From Longimicrobiales bacterium (GTDB taxonomy: Bacteria > Gemmatimonadota > Gemmatimonadetes > Longimicrobiales > Gaopeijiaceae), in the NCBI GenBank assembly GCA_963664435.2, contig CAXXKM010000002.1, positions 192,001 through 256,000 on the forward strand: a stretch of DNA of 64,000 bases, in the 5' to 3' direction. Every line of letters begins with the position of its first letter. The stretch's first letter is position 1. Under the pieces are notes generated by a model, which was not told where the DNA came from, searched no databases, and worked only from the letters and a program-made list of their open reading frames with translations. This document shows, piece after piece, positions 20,138 to 28,981 of this stretch. Made by a program: the position numbers and the translations under genes.

Positions 20138-21033
20138 CCATTGAGCATGACGACCTTCGCAGATTCAAGGACTCCTACCTGGATTACCTTGAGGGCTACC
20201 GCGACGAGCCCCCCCGGCTCGAGAAGGTTTTATTAGAAGAGCGCGGAGCAGCTGCAGCGTTCATCGAATCGATTGCGGCGGCGCGCGGCATAGATCCCTA
20301 CGCTTCCAGACCGTCGATCGAGCAACTCCTGGCTCGGCGGCCCCAGACCAACGACAGCATTGCTGAACTCGGCGGCGTACTCCAGGAACATCTGCGATTC
20401 ACCGTTGATCCAGGCGCTTCGGTCACAGCGGACCTCGCTTCTGTTGCGGCCGGGCTGGCTTCTGTCTCGTTAATCCAAGCGCGTGGTATGCGTATCCGAG
20501 TAGTGCTGGAAGCAAATGCGGTGGACCTCGAATCCGCCATCGCCAGAAGAGCCCAACATATCGCCGACGTGTTCAGCGCCTTTCCCGACTCGCATGCGGT
20601 ACTCTACGCCACCACAGGGAGAGAATGTCTAGGAGTTGTGGTGGATCGGAGCGACGTCTACAGTGCCATCGAAACTCCCTCCGGCGAGAAACGGGCGCCT
20701 CGGCTGCAACGGTCGATCACCGACGCTGGAGTGGCATGCGAAGAGTGGCTAGCCGGCATGATCCCGAATTTTGAGCCCCTGAGCGCTGAACTCCTCGAAT
20801 CAGCTACTCATGAGTCGGCAGTAGATCCACTCCGCTTGGCAAGCGAGGCAGTACGGGAAGTTTCCATGGCCGGTGGACGAGCCAGGATAGGGGCCAAACG
20901 GGCCGCTTGGCGCGGCTTCGGGCTACAGGAGGCGCAACGTCTTGCTGCCATCCTTCGCGAAGCTGAACGCGGACAATTGTCAGAAGAGGTCTATAGGTCT
21001 CGCTTGGATGAATTGGTCAGGATAGCCGCATGA
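20134..21033 (+). CDS. Hypothetical protein (candidate anti-sigma / adaptor)
   Basis: 299-aa ORF coupled by ATGA overlaps to both the sigma and ATPase genes; helical N-terminus with YLDYLEG. Confidence 0.7.
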   Translation: MTIEHDDLRRFKDSYLDYLEGYRDEPPRLEKVLLEERGAAAAFIESIAAARGIDPYASRPSIEQLLARRPQTNDSIAELGGVLQEHLRFTVDPGASVTADLASVAAGLASVSLIQARGMRIRVVLEANAVDLESAIARRAQHIADVFSAFPDSHAVLYATTGRECLGVVVDRSDVYSAIETPSGEKRAPRLQRSITDAGVACEEWLAGMIPNFEPLSAELLESATHESAVDPLRLASEAVREVSMAGGRARIGAKRAAWRGFGLQEAQRLAAILREAERGQLSEEVYRSRLDELVRIAA

Positions 21034-22814
21034 TTCACAAAATACGCCTGCGAAACTGGCGATCCTACGAAGACCTCGACCTTCAGCTTGATCGGGGCAC
21101 GACATTTGTCGTGGCTCCCAACGGCGTGGGGAAAACGTCACTCGTGTACGGCCTCGCATGGGGTGTGTTTGGGCAACATAGCAGGGTCGACCCAAAAACC
21201 TGCATACGGGCGGCGGCGGCGAGTGCGGAAGTCGAGGTCGAGGTGGGTTTTCCCGACGGACGCCGGCTCACCATCAGACGAACTGCAAAGCGGCGAGGTG
21301 CTCCTACCGCTACATACGAAATGGGTGGGGCGAGGCTAACCGAGGGTGCAGCCCTGGCGAAAATGACGGAGGGATTTGGGATAGAACTCCCCGTGGCTGG
21401 TCGTTTGGCGATGATGCTGGGCGGGGGACACATCGAAGCTAGTCGCACTCTGAACCTCGAAGGCCACCTACATCATGCTTTCGGAGTTGCTCACCTTCTG
21501 GGTGCAGCCGAGACTGCACGGTCTGTTGCCAAGGAGGCTCAGAAGGCGCGAGCGGCCCTCCGGTTGACGACCAAGCAACGAATGGACAATCGCGCCGCAC
21601 TCGAGAGTGAGATCGCCCGTCTCGAATCAGAGATCAGCCAACTCACGCACCGTGGTGCCGACCTTGAGCGAATGCGGGACGCTGCTGCTATTCAAAGGTC
21701 GTTGGTCGAGCGGCACCTGGCGCTCGCGAATCAGTTCGAACGGTATGAGGGGCAACGCTCGCGCCTACTCGGCACGATCCAGGACCTGCTCGGCCGACGG
21801 GTCTCCCACGACAGCGACGAGTTAGTCCGTTCCGAGCTGCGGAGTGAGTTGGAAGCATCTGAACGCCGAATTCTCCAACTGACCGAGGGTGCTGTGTCGG
21901 CACGTTCTGCTATATCCGCTTCCAAACAGGCCGTTCGGTTGCTCGACGAACAACAGGCGACCTGTCCCACTTGCAGGCGTCCTCTTCCTCATCAGGAGTG
22001 GACCGCAGCGATATCTGCTCACAGGAGACAACAGGAAAAAGCAGAAGCGGAGGTAGAACGCCTTGAAGAGGCTCGCAGGGTGAGACAGACACACGCACTC
22101 ACGGTTTCTCGGGTGCTGGCCCGGCTAGAAGCGCTCCGGCCTCCTCGCATCCTCGTTGAGGACGACAGTCTCCCCACCCCTGCTGATGCTGACGCCCTGT
22201 ACCAACAGGCTAATGCTGATCTCGATGAACACAACCGGCGGCTTGGTGGAGTGCGTTCTCGTCTGGAATCTCTACGGACCAAGGTTGCTTCGGATGACCG
22301 GCTTCAGCAGGAGGAGCGAAGTCTTCGGTTGGCCTATCGGAGAGAGGCTGCCGCCCTTGCGGGAGAAAGGGTGTTGCGAGGGGCTGCTGATCACGTGATC
22401 GAGTCTCGCATCAAGCCGATGGCGAACGAGCTGCGAGGACGCTGGAAGCACCTGTTCACAAGCAATGGCCTCATCTTTAGGCCTGATGGGTCGATTACCA
22501 GGTTTCGGGCCGGGGAGGAGCTAGGATGGGATACGCTAAGCGGCGGTGAACAGACGTGGGCCAGAATCGTCACCCACTTGATCGTATTGAGTACTACGAC
22601 ATCCCTTCCCTTCGCATGGTTTGACGAACCGCTCGAACACCTTGACCCGCAGTTGCGTCATGCTGTCGCAGCAACCCTCGCCACAGCCACCGCTGGAGGT
22701 TCTCCCCGTCAACTCCTAGTTACGACCTACGAACACGCCATCGCGCAGCAGTTGGCTGATGACACGGATGGTGCTGGAATCATAGCCATACGGGAGTCCG
22801 GTGCCTCGCCATAG
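21030..22814 (+). CDS. Rad50/SbcC-like coiled-coil ABC ATPase with zinc hook
   Basis: IRLRNWRSY, Walker A APNGVGKTS, central CPTC, signature LSGGE, Walker B/D-loop FAWFDEPLEHLD. Confidence 0.9.
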   Translation: MIHKIRLRNWRSYEDLDLQLDRGTTFVVAPNGVGKTSLVYGLAWGVFGQHSRVDPKTCIRAAAASAEVEVEVGFPDGRRLTIRRTAKRRGAPTATYEMGGARLTEGAALAKMTEGFGIELPVAGRLAMMLGGGHIEASRTLNLEGHLHHAFGVAHLLGAAETARSVAKEAQKARAALRLTTKQRMDNRAALESEIARLESEISQLTHRGADLERMRDAAAIQRSLVERHLALANQFERYEGQRSRLLGTIQDLLGRRVSHDSDELVRSELRSELEASERRILQLTEGAVSARSAISASKQAVRLLDEQQATCPTCRRPLPHQEWTAAISAHRRQQEKAEAEVERLEEARRVRQTHALTVSRVLARLEALRPPRILVEDDSLPTPADADALYQQANADLDEHNRRLGGVRSRLESLRTKVASDDRLQQEERSLRLAYRREAAALAGERVLRGAADHVIESRIKPMANELRGRWKHLFTSNGLIFRPDGSITRFRAGEELGWDTLSGGEQTWARIVTHLIVLSTTTSLPFAWFDEPLEHLDPQLRHAVAATLATATAGGSPRQLLVTTYEHAIAQQLADDTDGAGIIAIRESGASP

Positions 22815-22920
22815 CACGAGTAATTCCGACAATGGTGTGGCGGGCCTGTTGCTAGCGGGCTGGCGAACGCGGATGCCCGGCGCGTATGTGTGGCCCGGGC
22901 TCGACCTGTCTCCGCCAAAG

Positions 22921-24300
22921 CTATTCTTGCTCTCCCGAGCGGCGCGCGATTTTGGCCATCAGGGCTTCGACTATCGCGTTCACTGTAGGGTCGTCTTCCA
23001 AGTCCCAGGACGCGAGTTCCGAATACCGAACATGTTGGATTGACAATGGGATGGGCTTCCCTTCAATGTGGGCCAAGAACGCGACTCTTCTGCCGTCCAG
23101 CACCCAGACCAGAGACAGCGCAACCGAAAACCCTCGGATTCCGCGTCCCGTGTAGCCCTTCCAATGGTAGTCTCTACGCAGCTCGATCTGCTGCTGGTCG
23201 CTCAACCGAAATCCCGGCGTCACCAAGCCCAGTTTGGTCTCTTCCCAATGTTCAATCTGGAGCAGGCTCCACGACCGCCTTACCGCGCGTTGCCCTACCG
23301 CCGCGTAGGACTCCCAAGTGCTTCCACTAAACAATCGACCTAACGATTCAAGCGCTCTATCCGCGCGGTCCAACGTCGGATTAACCCATCGCTGGAAAAC
23401 ATTATCCAGCACTTCGACATCCGCCACTCGCGGTTCACCACCCAAGTTCCGCCGGACGAAGAGTTCGACTTCCTTTTCGGCATCCCCGGCTTCGCGGATC
23501 GACTCTCCCTTCGCGACGCGAACCGCCAAGCCGATGGACCAAAAGACATTCTCAAGCATGAACCCTGCAAGCGGCTCCATCCGGCCCACATCGGCGTTCT
23601 GAAGCGCCCCGATATATCGGTCCCGCTCGGCGCTCTTGATCACCATCGGAGGCAAACCGGACCTCAGCAGGACGTAGTTGGTGAGCAGCCGCGCCGTACG
23701 TCCGTTTCCATCATCGAACGGATGAATCCGGAGGAAGCTCCAATGCGACTTGGCCAGGAAGAGGGGTAGGGGATCTGCGGTGCGCGCGAGATCCCGCTGG
23801 AAGTCCCGCGTCCAACGTTCCATCAACGCCGGCGTCTCCTCCGGCTCCGCGAATCGATGTAGTTCTCCGGTCGCAGTTCGCACGTGGTTCGGCTGCGTCT
23901 TGTACTCTCCCGGAACGATCCGCTTCCGGGTCTGCTGCCCGTCCGGAGTCTGCGCGATGTGCCAGAATGGCTCCTTCAGGAGAATCTTGTTCAGATCCCG
24001 GATGTCGCCCTCACCCAGAACGCGCTCGGCACTCGCCAGACTGCGCGTGTGGTCGATCGCTACATCGTGCGCCTTCATCTCCTCGTAGTGCCGCATCGGA
24101 TGCTCGCCAGCCGTTCGGCCATGGATGAGCAGCAGCTCGGTCTCGTGATAGGTGAGGGTGTTTCCCTCAATGTGATTGCTGTTGTAGTTCCACTCGAGGC
24201 GCAGCTTCCTCCACAGCCGCTCGTCATCTTCCTCACGCATGGTTGCCCGGCGTTCCCGCCATTCCGAGATCGCCGCCGCCAATGCCTCCGAGTCCATCAT
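22921..24300 (-). CDS. Fic family protein (N-terminal inhibitory motif, class II-like) with C-terminal extension
   Basis: SNHIEGN and HPFDDGNGRTAR. Confidence 0.92.
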   Translation of the reverse strand: MMDSEALAAAISEWRERRATMREEDDERLWRKLRLEWNYNSNHIEGNTLTYHETELLLIHGRTAGEHPMRHYEEMKAHDVAIDHTRSLASAERVLGEGDIRDLNKILLKEPFWHIAQTPDGQQTRKRIVPGEYKTQPNHVRTATGELHRFAEPEETPALMERWTRDFQRDLARTADPLPLFLAKSHWSFLRIHPFDDGNGRTARLLTNYVLLRSGLPPMVIKSAERDRYIGALQNADVGRMEPLAGFMLENVFWSIGLAVRVAKGESIREAGDAEKEVELFVRRNLGGEPRVADVEVLDNVFQRWVNPTLDRADRALESLGRLFSGSTWESYAAVGQRAVRRSWSLLQIEHWEETKLGLVTPGFRLSDQQQIELRRDYHWKGYTGRGIRGFSVALSLVWVLDGRRVAFLAHIEGKPIPLSIQHVRYSELASWDLEDDPTVNAIVEALMAKIARRSGEQE

Positions 24301-24409
24301 TCTCCCCTGCATGTTCCGCTGGCACCTGCCCGCCAGGCTCGTAGACCGTAGACCGTAAGGTATCGCGATGTCTCAACCTGGCCGCACGGGTTCCACGCCC
24401 TGCACCCCT

Positions 24410-25687
24410 TCACGGCCCCAAAACCCCCACCGGTATGACCCCCACGCCATCCGGCCGCTGGTAGCCATATCCGCTGCCGACGATGACGGCGAGTGCTGCC
24501 GGTTCACCGCTACCGGTCGTGTCCACACGATTCCCGAACTTGAGAAGCGCGGCTGCCGCTTCGTCGATTCGTCCCTGGCCCAGCGTCACTTCGAACGCGG
24601 CCCATCGGCCGGGACCGGCATCCACGATCGCGTCCACTTCGAGGCCCGTGTTGTCACGATAGTGGTATACGCGCCCGCCCATCGCCTGAGCGTACACGCG
24701 CAGGTCTCGAACGACCATGGACTCGAAGAGAAAACCGAACCACGGGATGTCCTTCATGAGGTTCCCGGGTCCGGCATTCAGCGCCGCCGTCGCGAGGGAT
24801 GGATCCGTGAAGTGTCGTTTCGGGGAGCGTCTGAGGCGTGATCGGGACCGAAGATGAGGGGCCCACGGTGGCTGCTGCTCAACCACCATGAGGCGTTCGA
24901 GCGCTGCGAGGTAGGAACGGGCAGTCTCCTTCGTGAGCGAATGGTCGGTGCCGCCTGCATCTCTCGCCATGGTCGCGACCGACGTGCAGGTAGCCGTGTT
25001 TCGCGCCAGCGTCTGGAGGAACCGGCCAACTCTCTCCGGATCCCTCACGATCCCGTCCACCCGCCTGATGTCCACCCGGCGGATTTCGTCCAGGTAGTCG
25101 CGGTTGGCCAGCAATGCGCCTTCCTCGGCCTTCCGGCGAAAATGCCCGGGCCAGCCACCGACGCAAATCAGCGTGGCCAAGTCCCGAAGGGGCAGGTCGT
25201 GAACCAGGCTGGGTACGGGCTCTCCGTCGAGGATTCGCTTCAAGGAGACCTGTCCCGTTGCGCGCCCGAGCTCGAACAGCGACATGGGACGGAGCCGAAG
25301 GCGGCTCATCCGGCCGGCTCCCGTATGCCGCGGGATGTCATCGGGTGGAACGGCTGAGCCGGTGAGGATGAAGTGGCCCAAGCCCGGGCGATCATCGACG
25401 GCGCGTCGCACGTAGTTCCAGATGTCGGGCTCGGCCTGCCACTCATCGATCAATCGCGGAGTCGCTCCTTCCAGGAGCAACCTCGGGTCGACAGCCATGG
25501 TCTGGGGCACGGCCGGATCGGCATCCATGAGCACTTCGCTCGCCGCCGCCTGCCGGGCCGTCGTGGTCTTGCCGCAGACCCTCGGCCCCTCGATCACGAC
25601 AGCTCCCGCTGCCGCGAGCCTTTCGGTCAATTCACGGTCAGCAATGCGGGGACGATAGCCTGACACGGATGTGGGATCGGGTGTCAT
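24410..25687 (-). CDS. AAA_14 / DUF4143 ATP-binding protein
   Basis: GPRVCGKTT, LIDEWQ, FILTGS, LRPMSLFE, PKRHFTDPS, LFES, HYRD..GLEVD. Confidence 0.9.
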   Translation of the reverse strand: MTPDPTSVSGYRPRIADRELTERLAAAGAVVIEGPRVCGKTTTARQAAASEVLMDADPAVPQTMAVDPRLLLEGATPRLIDEWQAEPDIWNYVRRAVDDRPGLGHFILTGSAVPPDDIPRHTGAGRMSRLRLRPMSLFELGRATGQVSLKRILDGEPVPSLVHDLPLRDLATLICVGGWPGHFRRKAEEGALLANRDYLDEIRRVDIRRVDGIVRDPERVGRFLQTLARNTATCTSVATMARDAGGTDHSLTKETARSYLAALERLMVVEQQPPWAPHLRSRSRLRRSPKRHFTDPSLATAALNAGPGNLMKDIPWFGFLFESMVVRDLRVYAQAMGGRVYHYRDNTGLEVDAIVDAGPGRWAAFEVTLGQGRIDEAAAALLKFGNRVDTTGSGEPAALAVIVGSGYGYQRPDGVGVIPVGVLGP

Positions 25688-25714
25688 GTAGGGGAGTATG
25701 GCAGATCGAGCGTG

Positions 25715-25829
25715 GTTTTGCAACGATATCAGCCGTCTGTTTGCAACCTATAAGACGGTCTGTTTGCAACGCACTTGATCGTGCGTTCGCAACTTCATCA
25801 GCCATGGATTTGCAATTTGCCTGTTTGAC
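25715..25829. repeat. Five-unit array with exact 23-bp period and conserved TT(T/C)GCAA core, overlapping the -35 of the DUF4143 gene
   Basis: Cores start at 25718, 25741, 25764, 25787 and 25810; the intervening ~13 nt vary. Confidence 0.8.
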
Positions 25830-25897
25830 GACCCCCCGCTGCCGCCTTGGCGATCGACCGCCATGCAGCTCCCGATCCACTCCGATCCCTCCGGGCG

Positions 25898-28800
25898 CTA
25901 CCCGCCAGCGAGGCGCCCCGCTGCGGCCAGCGCGCGGCGGACGAGGTTTCGCTCGATGGTTGCGGTGGGGGAGGGATCACCGGCGAGCGAATCGGCGCGG
26001 GCGCGCAGTGAGGCGACCGCTTCAGCATCGGCAGAATCGGTGTCGGACCCACCGCTGGCGCCCGCCCCCACGACCCCGAGCAGGAACCGCACCAGCTGCT
26101 CGTCCGGATCGAAGGGACGGCCCTGACCGAGCGATTCCGGCCATTCGAGCGCGGTTTCCAGGTGGCCGCGGGCGGCCGTGCGGCTCCCTTCATCGACTTC
26201 GTCGAGCGCGGCTCCGACATGCGCCAACTCGTAGAGGCGGTGGCTCTCGCGGGCGTTCTCCGAGGGAAGGACGTGCGTGTCCGCCAGGATCCGGATCGCC
26301 TCGCCGTGGTCGCCCGCCTGAAGAAGCGAGCGCACGTGCAGGAGATCGAGGTTGAAGTCGCCCGGGAAGAGCTCCCGACCCCGGCCGGACGCTTCGAGCG
26401 CCTCCGCCCAGCGTCCCGCTTCCTGCAGGTGCCGGACGAGGGCAACGTGGAGCAGACGGCTGCCGGGAGCCACCGCGACCGCGCGCCGGAAGTCGGGCCC
26501 CGGGTCGCCGTCCATCGCCCCCGTCAGGTGCGCGCGCGCCGCATACGCGGGTCCGTAGTCGGGCTCGTCGCCGAGGGTGGCCAGCACCTCGGCCGCCTCG
26601 GCATCGCGGTCGAGCGCCCACAGGTTCAGGCCCAGCAGGTAGCGCCAGCCCCAGTGCGGATCCTCGCCGGCTGCCCAGCGCAGGACTGGCAAGGTCTCGG
26701 CTCGGAAGGGAAAGGCGAAATTGGGATCCACCCCCGCGCTCAGCATGCCGGCATCGTCGACCAGGAAGGCGTGCCACGCCGCAGCCACGGGGCCGCCGTC
26801 CACCTCGTCCGCCAGCTCCAGCAGGTGCGCGGCATCGCTTGGCAGTCCCCGGTTCGCGTAGCTCACGGCGAGCTCCAGCAGCGTCTGCCCCGGGTACTCG
26901 CTCCGCATCGACGCGGTGAGGCGGGCAGCGGCGGACCCGCCCGCGGCCTCGGCGTCCCCGGATCCTTCGCCACGCGCCGCGAGATACCGCTCCGCCAGCG
27001 CGAAATGGTTGAGCGGGTCCAGCTCCAGCAGCTCCGCCAGCACGCCCGCCGCGCCGGCATCGTCCCCCTCCAGACGGGCCGCGATCGCCAGCACCTCGCG
27101 TGCGGGAATGCTTGCCCGGTCATGGTCGAGCGCCAGCCCGGCGTTGCGGCGCGCCTCCGCCAGGTCCCCGCCGTCGAGCGCCAGCTCCGCCAGCCGAATC
27201 CGGGCAGCGGCCCGGAAGGCCACCGAGCGGGCGGCCCAGCCGAACGCGTCGAACGCGTCGGCGCGGCGGCCGAGGGCGCGATACAGGTTCCCCGCGAGGA
27301 AGTTGGCCTCCGGGCCGTAGGTGTCCAGCTGGAGCGCGCGCCGCACGTGGTCGAGGCCCTCCTCGTAGCGGGCCGACCTCAGTGCCAGCGCGCCCAGGCC
27401 CAGCAGTGCCGCCCGGTTCCACGGTTCGGCCGCGAGCGCCTGGCCGTAGAGCGCCCGCGCCTCAGGGTAGCGGCGACCCCGCGCCAGCTCCCGCGCCTCG
27501 AACACGAGCCGATCCGTCTCCGGGAGCGCGTCCCACGCTTCGGCGCTCGTCGCAAATGGCCGGGACACGACGCGATCGCCATCGAGACCGCAAATGCCAC
27601 CGAGGCCGGCCTCGCCCGGGTTGGAACATCCCTCCAGCCCCAGTCCGGGCACCGAAACCCGCCACGGGCTGTCGGGCGCCACATCAACCTCGACCACCAC
27701 CGGCTCGAGCGGTTCGAGCGCCACGGTCCGCGCCGCGACCTGCTCACCGCCGGACCATGCCTTTACCGTGTCGGCACCAGCCCCGAACGCCTGGACCACC
27801 ACCCGAAGGCCGCCATCCTCCTGTTCAACGTGCAAGGCGCCGTAGGGGGAGGCGTCGGTGAGACCGCCCGTGCCCTCGAGCGGGAACCACACCTCGGTCC
27901 AACGGCTGGCCGAGAGCGGGTCGAACGCGGCCTGAGAGATGGGGTTGCGGTCGGCCCCGGGCTGGTACTGCACGTGCAGTCGGCCCGCCTGGAACTCGAC
28001 GTACTGCCCGTCGGTGTCGGTGAGCAGGTCCTCCCAGATGCCGCCTTCGCGCGACAGCGCCCACAGCCACATCTTGCGTCCGGGCATGTCCTCATGGCGG
28101 GCCCAATGTCCCCAGCCGTACTCCTCCTCGTGATAATAGCCGCCGAAGAAGTCGTTCAGCGCGCCCACCACGTGGTAGGACTTGCTTCCCCCGAACGCGT
28201 TGTTGCGGTAGAGGGGCAGGAAGCGCCCATCCTCGTCCACGGGCCACGGGCGCACCCGACCGGAGTGCTCCAGGTAGGCGTTGCCGGGCACGAACAGCTC
28301 CAGGTCGTCCTGGGCGAACGCCGCGGCTGTCATCCAGTTGTAGTAGGGCTGTTCCAGTGGGGTCGGGTTATGCCACAGAACACGCGTCTCGAAGGCGGCA
28401 CGGTCCGCAGGCAGGCGGATCTCGACGCGCCACGGGGTGCGCGACGGGAGGTCCGTGGCGCCGACGATGGTGCTCACGCTCCCGTCCGGGTTCTCCCGCA
28501 CCACATAGTCGACAGGCGTGGCGGTGGCCGGCGTGTGCCCGATCACCCCGAAGTTGAACTCGATACCGCCCGAGGTCCACGGCCCGCGCAGGGCGATGTC
28601 CCGGAATTTCATCACTTCGTTCCGGTAGATGAACTCGTGGCCGGTCGCCTTCACCACGGCGCCCCACACCTTGCCGCCCACTTCGGGAAGGACGAAGACC
28701 TCGATGAGATCGTTCTCCATCCTCACGACCTTCCATTCCCGGGGCTCCGGCGTCGCCGCGTATCCCTCGAAGGAGTGGTACGGGTACAGCCTCCGGTCGG

Positions 28801-28981
28801 TGGCGAGCACCGGCACCGGATTCGGGTCCGAGAACGGGTAGGTATCGAGGACGCGCTCTTCCTCCGAGATCCGGGCGCGGGGCCCGGGGGCGCACGAGGC
28901 GACGGTCAGGACGGCGCACAGAAACGCCGCTGAGACCAGCCCGCAAGATGTCGCGGCTGTTCGCCGATCGTGTGGTCTCAT
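25898..28981 (-). CDS. DUF5107 domain + TPR repeat lipoprotein
   Basis: LTVASC lipobox; MENDLIEVFVLPEVGGK, WTSGGIEFNF, YVEFQAG; C-terminal TPR-like helices. Confidence 0.85.
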   Translation of the reverse strand: MRPHDRRTAATSCGLVSAAFLCAVLTVASCAPGPRARISEEERVLDTYPFSDPNPVPVLATDRRLYPYHSFEGYAATPEPREWKVVRMENDLIEVFVLPEVGGKVWGAVVKATGHEFIYRNEVMKFRDIALRGPWTSGGIEFNFGVIGHTPATATPVDYVVRENPDGSVSTIVGATDLPSRTPWRVEIRLPADRAAFETRVLWHNPTPLEQPYYNWMTAAAFAQDDLELFVPGNAYLEHSGRVRPWPVDEDGRFLPLYRNNAFGGSKSYHVVGALNDFFGGYYHEEEYGWGHWARHEDMPGRKMWLWALSREGGIWEDLLTDTDGQYVEFQAGRLHVQYQPGADRNPISQAAFDPLSASRWTEVWFPLEGTGGLTDASPYGALHVEQEDGGLRVVVQAFGAGADTVKAWSGGEQVAARTVALEPLEPVVVEVDVAPDSPWRVSVPGLGLEGCSNPGEAGLGGICGLDGDRVVSRPFATSAEAWDALPETDRLVFEARELARGRRYPEARALYGQALAAEPWNRAALLGLGALALRSARYEEGLDHVRRALQLDTYGPEANFLAGNLYRALGRRADAFDAFGWAARSVAFRAAARIRLAELALDGGDLAEARRNAGLALDHDRASIPAREVLAIAARLEGDDAGAAGVLAELLELDPLNHFALAERYLAARGEGSGDAEAAGGSAAARLTASMRSEYPGQTLLELAVSYANRGLPSDAAHLLELADEVDGGPVAAAWHAFLVDDAGMLSAGVDPNFAFPFRAETLPVLRWAAGEDPHWGWRYLLGLNLWALDRDAEAAEVLATLGDEPDYGPAYAARAHLTGAMDGDPGPDFRRAVAVAPGSRLLHVALVRHLQEAGRWAEALEASGRGRELFPGDFNLDLLHVRSLLQAGDHGEAIRILADTHVLPSENARESHRLYELAHVGAALDEVDEGSRTAARGHLETALEWPESLGQGRPFDPDEQLVRFLLGVVGAGASGGSDTDSADAEAVASLRARADSLAGDPSPTATIERNLVRRALAAAGRLAGG

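Noticed and set aside
17140..22814. CBASS or Pycsar with Cap2/Cap3
   Set aside because: No CD-NTase or cyclase and no recognisable effector; the E2 is separate and a dedicated Ubl is present.
21030..22814. Ordinary sbcC repair gene, or canonical Lamassu/Wadjet
   Set aside because: No sbcD, no recognisable LmuA effector or Jet subunits, and atypical motifs; a distant relationship is not excluded.
24340..24357. CGTAGAC tandem repeat upstream of fic
   Set aside because: Only about 2.5 copies of 7 bp; could be chance.
25715..25829. CRISPR array
   Set aside because: The ~10-nt core and ~13-nt spacers are far too short, and no cas genes are present; kept as a non-CRISPR array.
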